This document shows, piece by piece, positions 13,715 through 24,022 of a stretch of 64,000 nt of DNA (its first letter is position 1; every line of letters starts with the position of its first letter). The notes beneath the pieces are model-generated. The model worked only from the letters and a program-made list of their open reading frames with translations. It was not told the DNA's origin and made no database searches. The position numbers and the translations under genes are program-made. Source of the stretch: Leucoraja ocellata (lineage: Eukaryota); the NCBI GenBank assembly GCA_036785375.1, contig JAWMAR010000008.1:11966001-12030000 (forward strand), read 5' to 3'.

Positions 13715-13945
13715 AAGGGAACCTGGAAAATGGGGCCCTAGTGTGTTTCAAGGGAGCATGGAAATCGGGCCCAGGTGAGTTTCAAGGGAACATGGGAATC
13801 GAGGCTTTGCTGCGATAAAGGGAGTGAGGGATTGGGCCCCGGTGAATCAAAAGAATGTGTAACAGGGCCCCAGTAAGTCAAAGGAAGTGAGGGAATTGGG
13901 TCCTGTGAGTCAAAGGGAATGTGGGAATCGGGCTGTAGTGAGTCA
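13715..13945. repeat. Degenerate ~33-bp minisatellite
   Basis: Repeated units resembling gggccccggtgagtcaaagggaatgtgggaatc. Confidence 0.7.
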
Positions 13946-14671
13946 GTGGCTGAAGTATCAGGATTTCTGAACAACAAGCTAGAGGATTAATGGGGTTTGG
14001 CAAATAACACTGTAAACTAACAATGTTATTGTTAATTGCTTTGGGAATTGTTTACATTAGTGGAGGTGTTATATTGATGTTGCTGAGACCACTTGGAATA
14101 TTGTGCACAGTACCAACCTTATTTAAGGAAGGATATTAATGAGTTGAAAGCAGTTCTGATAAAATTTGCTGGGCTGGTACAGAAATAGGCTGGTTACGCA
14201 AAGAGGAATAGTTGGACAGGTTGGACTTGTATTTCCTGGAATTTGGAAATGTGAAGCAATTTGACTGAAAAGATCTTCAGTGGACCCAACAGGATGGATG
14301 TGGTAAAAAAAATATTTCCTTTTGTTGAAAAATATAGAACTGGAGGCTACTGTTAAAAAGCAAGGAGAATTTTTTCTCTTAAAAGGTTGTGACTCGGCAA
14401 CTTTCTACCTCAAAGGTTTGTGAAAACAGAGTTTGTATATATTTACGACAGTCATGGGTGAATTCTTAATAAACAAGGGGGTGTTGATATGATTCATGTC
14501 CTGTGTTAAATGTGATTGGCTTGGGAGATGGGGTAAGAGGTTATAGAGGTTACCTTGTAAGGAAATGTGAAGAAGTGTTAGGAGGGGCAGGGTTGCTTGG
14601 TGTTTTGGGTGTGTTGTGGAGCTGTGCTAAAGCAGATTGCTGCTGCTTATTACTGTTTGCACCTTCCACAG

Positions 14672-14780
14672 GGGCTCGTTCACTTTCCGAAGGCCAGGCA
14701 GCAGCACCTTCGATGTTTCCATCCCATCCTTTTCTCTCGAGAGCAGTAGTGAGGACGGCGGGCCCTTCTCCCCGGTCTGA
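14672..14780 (+). CDS. POLDIP2: POLDIP2 alternative terminal exon B (paralog of the last exon)
   Basis: tttgcaccttccacag|G, then GSFTFRRPGSSTFDVSIPSFSLESSSEDGGPFSPV*. Same phase and core spacing as exons A and C. AATAAA at 16307 followed by a GT/T-rich tract. Confidence 0.82.
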
Positions 14781-15368
14781 ATATTTGCCTCCAGCAAATG
14801 ATGGAGTAACTAAACACAGTCTGCACTCAGGATCTTTCCTCGAACCAGAGCACCAGTGGACCCAACTCCAGGGGTGGTGCTGCCTGGACAAAGATGTGGC
14901 ACATACATCACCAGCCTACGCACAGGGACATGTGGCCAGTTCCGCTATAATATTCGCACTCACTCAGGCTTCTGTTGGGGGTTAGATTTGGATGGAGTTG
15001 TATGAGGTGAGTGGAAGCAGGTAGATTTGGATGGAGATGGATGAGGTGAATGGAAGCAGGGTAAATGTGGAGTTTGCTGGTGTTGAATTTAGGTTGGGGT
15101 TAATTAATAACATATTTATTAGGAGATTGATTACTTCTTGCTAATTGTCTTGTAGTCCAGGAGCACTTTTTTGGAGAAACAGTGCTGTGTGCTTTCTCCG
15201 TGTTACTTGGTTTTATGAAGTGTGCTGTGTTGTGAAGTTATATAGGAATCAAACTTCACTGGAGACAGGGCAATAGTGTACACCCGGTACTTGGGAGCCC
15301 AATATGTCTAACGGTATGGATGACCTGCCAATGCTACAAAACAGTTCCAGATTCTGTCTTTCAAACTT

Positions 15369-15382
15369 GTTGCCATGGCAAC
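15369..15382. promoter_or_regulatory. Perfect palindromic RFX X-box
   Basis: GTTGCCATGGCAAC, a 14-bp palindrome equal to the RFX consensus. Confidence 0.55.
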
Positions 15383-15394
15383 ATTATGTGTGAA

Positions 15395-15620
15395 GCACTG
15401 GGGTACTGTACTGATAGGGACGGCTCTGTCACTATAACACGGGTACAGTACTGGTGAGGACATCTGTCACTTATAACACTGGAGTACAGTACTGGTGGAG
15501 ACATGTCTGTCACTGTATAACACTGGGGTGCAGTACTGGTGGGGGGGGGGGGGGGGGCAGTCTGCCACAGTATAACGCTAGGGTGCAGTACTGGTGGAGA
15601 CTTCTGTCATTGAGTAACAT
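15395..15620. repeat. ~38-bp minisatellite (reverse-orientation copies at ~55445-55510 and ~55865-55990)
   Basis: Units resembling gtgcagtactggtggagacatgtctgtcactgtataacactggg. Confidence 0.75.
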
Positions 15621-16306
15621 TAGGCTATTGTCTGTTTAGTCTAGGTCCAGTCGTGGTAGATGCTGGTCTATTACTGTCTAAATTTGATTGGTACATGTCT
15701 CCCTATGTAGCACCAGGGGCAATATTGGGCTTGTCTCTACACCAGAAAGTGATAGGTATAATTCAGGTGGATTAATAAGCACAGAAATGTTTGATTTCTG
15801 TGCTTAGCAGTGACTCTAATTGGTTCTGCCACTGTTTACTGGCAGTATGGAATTACTTGTGTCTGAACGTCCATGCTGATTCGGATCCAACCCTGGTGAT
15901 TGCTGCTGTTGTCTTGCTCAGCTACAGAGCAATTGGATGCAGCAGATGATCTGCCAGGTGGGTCCTTAGTGCCTGGGTTTAGCAAGCAGTTGGGATTTAG
16001 ACAGTTCTGGACCCAGGAGTCAGGAGTGCTGCTCTTCAGCAGTTTGGTAAGGCCAGGGCTACCCTTGTTGTGAGGCCACACACAGTTACCAGCGATCACT
16101 GTATGAAAACCTACCCAAAGAGCACCTGAGTGAAATGTGCCACAGATTGTAACCTCCGCTTGCCTTGGAGATCTACATTTGGAATGGATGTACCAGGTGT
16201 TGTGTGTTACTGCTGGTGTCCCTGGTTCCATGGTGCATACTGTGCTTCATTATTTGCTGTGCCTATATCTGTGTGCTCCTGCTGCTGATGTTTTTTGACT
16301 AGTTTA

Positions 16307-16312
16307 AATAAA
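16307..16312 (+). terminator. Candidate polyadenylation signal for POLDIP2 exon B
   Basis: AATAAA followed by gatttttgtttggattatctgtttt, between exon B and exon C, outside recognisable repeats. Confidence 0.45.
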
Positions 16313-16886
16313 GATTTTTGTTTGGATTATCTGTTTTCCCCCTTATTCAATGTCAGTATATGTTATCCCAGTGTGAAATCTTCTACCCCCACGGAAAGCC
16401 TAGCACATAGTGGCAGGGCCCAGTGAAGGAGAGAAACCAGCTGCATTTCCTGCAGCATTGGACCTCTTCACCCATAAACATCTCGCCCCTGACTGGGGGC
16501 GTTCAGTCGTTCATGAATCAAAGCAAAACAATGCAAATGCTGGAGATACTTGGGAGATTGGGTATTGTGTGTGGAGAGAGGTACAAGAGTGAATAGGAAC
16601 TAGAACAGGTTTCCAGCATTGACTGAGCAGGAAGGTGGGGCAACAAGTGCTTGCGGCCCAAGAGAAGGCACCTGAAGGTGCAGCCTGTGGAGTATCTATT
16701 ACACGATGATAGGGCGCATCATTAAAGGCTGCACCTCGGGGAACCACCTGGGTGACTGGGAGAGCTGACACAACCTATCTGAGTGGAGAACTCAGACCCT
16801 AGTCGCTTTGTTCCTGTGCCAGGGACTGCGGCCTCAGGCGCAGTAGAGTTGTATCATTTAATCTGCTCCTTTCATCCTGTCTACAG

Positions 16887-17001
16887 GGGGACGTTTCGCT
16901 TTGAGAGGCCCGAGGGTTCACAGCTCGATGTGCGAATCCCACCCTTCTCCTTGGAGAGCAATAAGGATGACAAGGCTCCCCCTGCTGGCTACAGCTGGTA
17001 G
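16887..17001 (+). CDS. POLDIP2: POLDIP2 canonical terminal coding exon (C)
   Basis: cctgtctacag|G, then GTFRFERPEGSQLDVRIPPFSLESNKDDKAPPAGYSW*. Matches the mammalian C-terminus as I recall it (GTFRFERPDGSHFDVRIPPFSLESNKDEKTPPSGLHW). Confidence 0.96.
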
Positions 17002-20000
17002 ATGGCCATCTGCTGGACCCTGACCTCACAGGGGCTGCTGCTGCTGCTGCCGCCTGGAACTGATACGATTAGGGAGAAGCGAAGGAGAATGTCTTCGAGT
17101 CAGCCTGTTGCAAACGTCCTGGGTTTGCTGTGTAAAACATGATCACGTTGTTGTAAAGCTCCTTTGAAATTGGACTCTGGGACTGATGTATTATTGTATG
17201 AAGAAGTTATGGGTTGTAGGGGTTAAGGCGGGGAGCGATTGGGATGAAGGAAAGGTGGAATGGGAGCTGGAAATTCTTTGCTGCACATATTCAGATGTAG
17301 TCAGTCTTGGAAGGTGGAATGGAGTTGGGTTTCTCTGCTCATCTGCCCTTCCTGTCAAGTAACTATCCAACCCCTTTCCCTCCCAACCCTACCCGTGCAT
17401 ATTTGAAAAAAGCAGCATAAACGCAGGAAGAGGTGTCCATGAGAAGTGCGGCTCTCAGTGGCCAGACCCCAGCCAGCTAACCCAGTCTGATTGGTGTCTC
17501 ACCTGCTGAAAGTGTCCCCACTGGAGACATTGAAACACAACCTGCAGCAAAGGTGAATTTCCAGCATCTTCTGTCTCCTGTGTCTCTATTCTTCCACTGA
17601 GTCCTTGTCATCATCCTGCACATGGTGGCTGAATTTCCAGATAATCCGTGGCTGATACTGTGTGTTCACAGGATGAATGTTGCCGGCCCTGGTTTGTTCT
17701 GGTCTTTTCCTGCCTCCAGTGCTCCCCTTCCCCTCCACCTCCCCACTTCCAGTCTGAAGAAGAATTCTGACCTGTAACACCACTCATCCCTTTTCTCCAG
17801 AGATGCTGCATGACCCACTGAGTTACTCCAGCTATCTTTGGTATAAATGAGCATCTGCGGTTCCTTTAATGTGTGTCAGCCAGCTGGTGTCTGGAGAGGG
17901 CCAATTGGAGGTAAGAGGCATGGGTGCAGCCCATGGCTGCGGGCTACATCACCGACTCCAGTGCAGATCTCCTTGGCTGGCCTTGCCTCAGGTTGGCAGG
18001 CTGTTGGTATGTATGCTGTTGCCACTCTTGGCCACAATGCCGGTTGGTTTCTGCTCCACGCCGGGTGCTGCCCTGGCTGGGTGCACTGTCGGTAGATCGA
18101 CAGAGAGCTGTCAGTATGACCAGGTCTGATTCCTGCTTTCTCAGACTGGAGCCAAACGCACACTATTAGCTTAAGGAGCAAAGGAGCACGTCTGACACAG
18201 TGGGCGGTGGGGATGGCTGAAGTCCCTGAGCAGCCCTTGGACTGACGATAGATTCAGCTGCCCTTCCCATCCCTTAACTGAGAATACTGCTTTCTTCCTT
18301 GTGCTTCCTGCTTCCCTTTAAATATGAAACTGGGAAGGCATTTAAAGAGGGAAATCTTAAAAATATTTTTAGTACCAACAGAGGCAAGGCCGTTCAGCCC
18401 ATCGAGCTGATCCCCCGACCCATGTATTTGCTTCCCATGGTATGCAGTGCCCGTTTGAATGCTCCAATGGATGTGCTGTCCCTGTCCTGTCCTGAGAGGG
18501 CTGTGTCACTCAGTGACCAGTGGTTGTGGGGAGGTTGTAGGATTTCACTGGGATAAATAATTTCCTGCTGGGAATGGCAGGAATGTGCTCCACTGATCCT
18601 GGCACGAGACCAGCACTGGGGAATGTGCTGCCTTCCCCTTCAGCGACTGTGGAGCGCCGGAACTGGAATTTAGCCCTGTCCTTGCAATGAGCCAATGGGC
18701 TGCACACGGAGAATGTGGCACCCAACTCCTGCACTGACTCTGTTATTAATCTGCTTTAAAATCATTCCCAGATGGTGCAGGGCGAGGTTCGTTCCACAGT
18801 GTTTCAGTCTGTCTATACTTAACCCCTCAGCAACCTCCACCCCAGTCTGCAGGTTTATGCCCTGTGGTCCCGGTGGCTGACAGACGACAACTCCAACTTG
18901 TAGGCTTGTGGGACAAGATGGGACATTTCAGAGCTATGGGGCAGAGACTGCCTGGTGCCTGGACAATGATCCCATGCAGAGCATTCTTTCCTACCCTCCC
19001 CCAGTGCCAGAGCGAGCTGCACCAGTGACTGCTGGCCCAGAGCTTGCCCTGTCTGCACAACACCTGAACACCCACCATGTATCTGGTCAGCACCATGTCT
19101 GTGGGCACAATGGCTTCCAGTAAGTGTGAAGGCCCTGTCCTTAAGAAAATCCTGATCACATATCTGGGAGACCTGTGAAGACTTCCACGGTCAAAGACCG
19201 TGTCGGGCAGCCAATCCTATAAAATAAGGATATCTTTCAGTCAGTATGCGCACAGGATTCTCCTGCAAATAACAGTCACCATAGAACTGATGGGCCGAGG
19301 GGCCTGTGTCTGTGCGGTACAACTCTACAATTCCATAAGTATGTTAAATGATATAAATCGATAAATATTGGCCAGGATGGGGTTTAGTTTTTCACTTTCT
19401 GTTAGTGCTGTAGGATCCCTTATGTTCTCTTAATGCCCAGAAAGTTGGGAATCTACCCAGCTGTTAGCTTACCTGGGCAGGTACTTACTGCAAACCAGCC
19501 AGAAATGCCGAAACACGAAGGGTTGAGTGGGATTCAACAACTGAAGAAAATGTAATATTTTAAAATGTTACTCGTGAAACTGAGGCTGAGGGAGGTGGCT
19601 ACAGCATTGATGGACAATTGGTTATTGGCATCCCGCACCCTGATTGTTCTTGTGGATTGGAAGGCAGCAAATGTGATCTCACTGTAACAAAGGAAGGAGA
19701 GATACAGGGAATGACCAACCTGTTCCATAATGACAGAGGTGCAGGAAATGCTGAACTCTATAATGGGTAGAAAACCTAAAAAAAAAATAGGTTTGAACAG
19801 AGTCAACATGGTTTGATGACATTGAAATTATGTTTGACCTTTCCAATGGAAATCTTTGAGGATGTGATTGGTAGAATAGTTGAGGAGGAATCGGGTGTAT
19901 TGGATTTTTAGAAAGCTTTTCAATAAAGTCCCCTCGGGGAATTAGTCAAACAAAATTCCAGGCTTTGCCCCTTCTTCAGAACTGGACGAAGTGTCAGACC

Positions 20001-20264
20001 TACAATGGTGTGTATTTTTCTCACAAGCGCTCCCTTATTTTCTGATTTTTTTCAGCATTTTCTGCAAGCGATGAAGGCAACTGATACATTTGGAAAGGTT
20101 TGGAGTACATGAGTAGAGATGTCTTGCTGGGATAATGTAGGATCTTACTAACCCATTTACAGCACTGAAACCAGCTCTTCTGCCTAACGCATCCATGCCG
20201 ACCAAGATACCCCACCTACTTAGTCCCGTTTGCTCGCATTTGGCCCATATCCTTCAACACCTTA

Positions 20265-21200
20265 GACGCAGAGCTGGAGTAACTTAGGGGGTCAGATAGC
20301 ATCTCTGGAGAAAATGAATTGGTGACGTTTTGGGTTGCAACGCTTCTTCAGACCGAGTCAGGGGAAAGAGAGATATAGATAGTGTTATAAAGAGATATAG
20401 AGCAAATGAATGAAATGTGCACAAAAGTAACGATGATAAAGTGAGCAGGCCATTGTTGGCTGTGGCCTATGTTAAACTCAATAAGAATTGACACTAGGAC
20501 AACGACGGGTGGGGGAGGGACGGAGAGAGGGATACATGGGTTACCTGAAGTTAGAGAAATCCCTATTCACACCATTAGGTTGTTAGCTGCCCAAGCGAAA
20601 TATGAGGTGTTCCTCCAATCTGCGTTAGGCCTCACTCTGACAATAGGGGAGACCCAGGACAGAAACGTCAGCGTGGGAATGGGAAGGCAGGCCCAGGCAG
20701 ACTGGGCAAAGGGGTTCAGCAAAATGATCGCCTCGCCTAGTTTTGGTCTAGCAGATGTACAAGGGTCCACACCTTGAACGACTGATACAGTGGATGAGGT
20801 TGGAGGAGGTGCAAATGAATATCTGCCTAACCTGTAAGGTGTGCTGGGGTCCCTGGACAGAATCAAGGGATGAGGTAAAGGGTCAGGTGTTGCATCTCCT
20901 GCGGTTGCAGGGGAAGATACCTGGGGAGGGGGTGGTTTGGGTGGGAAGGGATAAGTTAACCAGGTTGTTGCGGAGGAGAAGATGGGAAGATGTGACTCGT
21001 GGTGGCATCCCGTTGGAAATGAAGAAAATGTGGTTGCATGCGATGGCTGATGGGGTGAAGAGTTAGAACTACCCAGTTGCGACTAGGGGGAGGGAGAGCA
21101 AGAGCGGAACTGCGGGGTACCGAGAAGGCACCTGTGAGGGCCTCGTCCTACGAGGAATGAGGAACATCTCGGATGTCCTGGTATGGAACACCTCATTTTG
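20265..21200 (-). mobile_element. Decayed Penelope-like retroelement 3' part (GIY-YIG endonuclease remnant plus 3' repeat)
   Basis: Minus strand reads ...GPLYIC*T... (degenerate YIG) and PSHSHADVSVLGLPYCQSEA*RRLEEHLIFRLGS*QPNGVNRDFSNFR*, typical of vertebrate Penelope C-termini. Followed by ctgaagaag...aaaacgtcacc...ccagagatgct. Confidence 0.85.
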
Positions 21201-21912
21201 GGCCCTCTCAGCTGCAGAGCCCTCTCCTGCCTAACTGCCTGGGCCTCCTGCCCACACCCTCCATCTGCGAATTATGCCTCTGGGCTGTGTTCCCTCTGAC
21301 TCACTGTCAGTTGTTCCCGGAGCCGCGCCGAGAGGGGCGGCTCACAGCGTCAACAAACAAAGTCATCTGCAGCTGAGCCTGACGTATTCCCCCAGCCCAG
21401 CCCCAGCCCCAGCCTCAGCCCAGCCGAACAACACAACACGATCTCAACCCAGACTCCTCATTCACAACGACACCCTGCCGCATTTTAAAGAACCAATCCC
21501 AGGGAACACGGGGCAAAAATAACACCGCTGGAAATCTGAAATAGAAACTAACTAACTGCCTTCAATTCTCAACCGGCCGGGCAGCGCCTGTGAGGAGAGA
21601 AATCTTCCCGTTCCGATGAAAAGTCTTCACCTAAAACATTTCGCTCTCCACAGATGCTGTCCGGCCTGTTGCATGTTTTCAGAATTTTCTGCTGTTAATA
21701 CAACTCCGGGAATAAATAACTGATTCTAACATTCAAACCGATCATAACCAATCGAACCAGCGACGAACTACACCGAGTGCTCTCTAACTAACCAGGGGCT
21801 AACTATATCCCAACGCTCTACAACTAACCGCTCTCCGACTAACCAGGGACTAATTAATTACAACCGCGAGCGCCCTAACTAACCAAAGTTTGACTGAAGA
21901 AGGGTCTGGAGT

Positions 21913-21940
21913 CTGAAGAAGGGTCTCGACCCGAAACGTC
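21913..21940 (+). ncRNA. Minimal hammerhead-ribozyme-like motif in a Penelope-derived repeat
   Basis: CTGAAGA-A-GGGT(CTCG)ACCC-GAAA-CG-TC: CUGANGA core, stem II, GAAA, palindromic ACGT and UC cleavage site. Activity untested. Confidence 0.55.
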
Positions 21941-22560
21941 ACCCATTCCTTCTCTCCGGAGATGCTGCTCCAGAGATCTCTCCATCTCTGAGTTACTCCA
22001 GTATTCTGTGTCTACCTTTGGCCAAACCTTTGTGTCTATCTCAGGGGCTAACTACACCCGACCGCCCTCCAACCAACCAGGGATTAATTACACCCACTGT
22101 CCTCTGGTTGGCGAGACTTTGCTGGGAACGTGCCTCGTATGATGGGGTGGCGGCTGCCCATGCCGGGGTTATGAAGAAACGTCACCCACTCCTTCTCTCC
22201 AGAGATGCTGCCTGTCCCGCTGTTACTCCAGCTTTTTGTGTCTATCCGGGGTTATGTGAAGCGGACTGGCCTTTTACCAGGTGACCCGGCCTTGGTGAGG
22301 TAGGTCGATGGCCCGGGCCTGTGCGACTGTGGCGCTCCGCTTCCCACTTCACTCGGGTACCAGCTTCCGAGCCCGCGCCGCCCACAAACCAAAGCAGGCT
22401 CTCGACTCGGGCCTCAGTCACGGCTTCGCTCGCTGGTCTGAACCGCACACCGAAACCCGAGCTCGGACCTAAACCCCTATAAATCCAGCCCAGCCGGAGG
22501 ATTCTTTGACTTTGACCAAAATGGCATCACGTTCCCTCGTTTCAAAGCATCAAACCTGGG

Positions 22561-22925
22561 CAGATGTTCCCTCAACCCGGCCAGGTGTTCCCTCAATCCG
22601 GCCAGATGTTCCCTCAACCCGGCCAGATGTTTCCTCAACCCGGCCAGGCGTTCCCTCAACCCGGCCAGGTGTTCCCTCAACCCGGCCAGATGTTCCCTCA
22701 ACCTGGCCAGGTGTTCCCTCAACCTGGCCAGGTGTTCCCTCAACCCGGCCAGGTGTTCCCTCAACCCGGCCAGGTGTTCCCTCAACCCGGCCAGGTGTTC
22801 CCTCAACCCGGCCAGGTGTTCCCTCAACCCGGCCAGGTGTTCCCTCAACCCGGTCAGGTGTTCCCTCAACCCGGTCAGGTGTTCCCTCAACCCGGCCAGG
22901 TGTTTCCTCAACCCGGCCAGATGTC
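22561..22925. repeat. Homogeneous 21-bp minisatellite, about 17 copies
   Basis: (caggtgttccctcaacccggc)n. Generates the repetitive ORFs FPQPGQV / PGVPSTR / HLAGLRE. Confidence 0.97.
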
Positions 22926-23559
22926 CATGAGCCCGAGCGAATCCCAGGCAGCTGGTGGGACGGCCCGCGGATGGCCAGCCCGGTGGGGGTGAGGTACCGG
23001 GGTCTGTCCTAAGACGGGCACCCCGAGCTCCCACTCCTTCCCCACCCGAGTTCAAAACGGCAGCTGCTGTGCGGGGGAGACAGGCGCCGGCTCATCTTTG
23101 GCAAAACCCAGTTAGCTCTCCGCCCGACCTCGGTGGGCCGAGCGGCCTCGTTTAGGAAGGAACTGCAGATGTTGATTTAAACCGAAGATAGACACAACAT
23201 GCTGGAGTAACTGTGAAGTAGGGTCTCGAAACGTCACCCATTCCTTCTCTCCAGAGATGCTGCCTGTCTCGTTGTGATACTTCAGCATTCTGTGTCTATC
23301 TGCTGTATCCCGTTTACCAGGGTAGAAGGGCTGAACGGCCTCCTGCTGCCCCTGTGTAACAGGGTGAAAGGGCTGAACGACCTCCTGCTGTCCCGGTGCG
23401 AAGGGCTGAACGGCCTCCTGACTGTGATCTAATTAAATTCGGCGGTACCCAGATTTTGACTCAAACAAATCGGCGGTTATCAGCCACTGCTCCTGCACAC
23501 AAACCCCGGTGAACGAGGGGAGCGGGCCGGTGCCGCGCTCCGAGGCGTCGCCTCCCGTT

Positions 23560-23713
23560 CGGTGTCCGGGGGATGCGCGGCGCCCCTGGCCCGGAGCGTG
23601 TGGGCGGGAACCCTTCTCCCTCTCAGCCACAGCCCAGCTATTTATAGCGGCTTAATATAAAGAGACTCCCGCCTGTGAGAGCGCGGCGGGACCGGAGCAG
23701 GATCTCGGTAGGT
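23560..23713 (+). promoter_or_regulatory. Putative Pol II promoter (MEF2 + TATA) with a short first exon; gene unidentified
   Basis: CpG-rich. CTATTTATAG (23638-23647, MEF2 consensus), TATAAAGA (23656), donor TCG|GTAGGT at 23708. Confidence 0.55.
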
Positions 23714-23759
23714 TGTTGTCTCCACTTCCCAAACAGTCTCGCCCTCTTCTTGCCAGTCA

Positions 23760-23872
23760 TCTCTGTCTGTCTGGCTCGCTGTGTTTCTCCCTCTCTCTTG
23801 CTCCATCTCTCTCTCCATCTCTCCCGGTCTTTCTGTCTTCACTATTTCGCTCTCTGTTTGTCTGTCTCTATG

Positions 23873-23907
<35 letters not shown>

Positions 23908-24022
23908 GTTTCTCTCTGCCTTTCCCTATCTCTCTCTCTCTCTCTCTACCCGTCTCTCTCTATCTCCCTCTCCCTCCCTCTATCCTAGTCTCTCTCTCTA
24001 TCCACCTCTGTTTTTTTCTCTC
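23760..24022. repeat. (CT)n-rich microsatellite
   Basis: Directly visible. Confidence 0.95.

Noticed and set aside
22477-23055. Long repetitive ORFs (HLAGLRE heptads, FPQPGQV, PGVPSTR) resembling coiled-coil or gliadin-like proteins
   Set aside because: They arise from a 21-bp minisatellite open in several frames on both strands, with no exon context.
17002-23500. TNFAIP1 tail-to-tail with POLDIP2, as in human, or more terminal-exon copies
   Set aside because: No BTB/KCTD-like coding sequence and no further DV.IP.FSLES motif seen.
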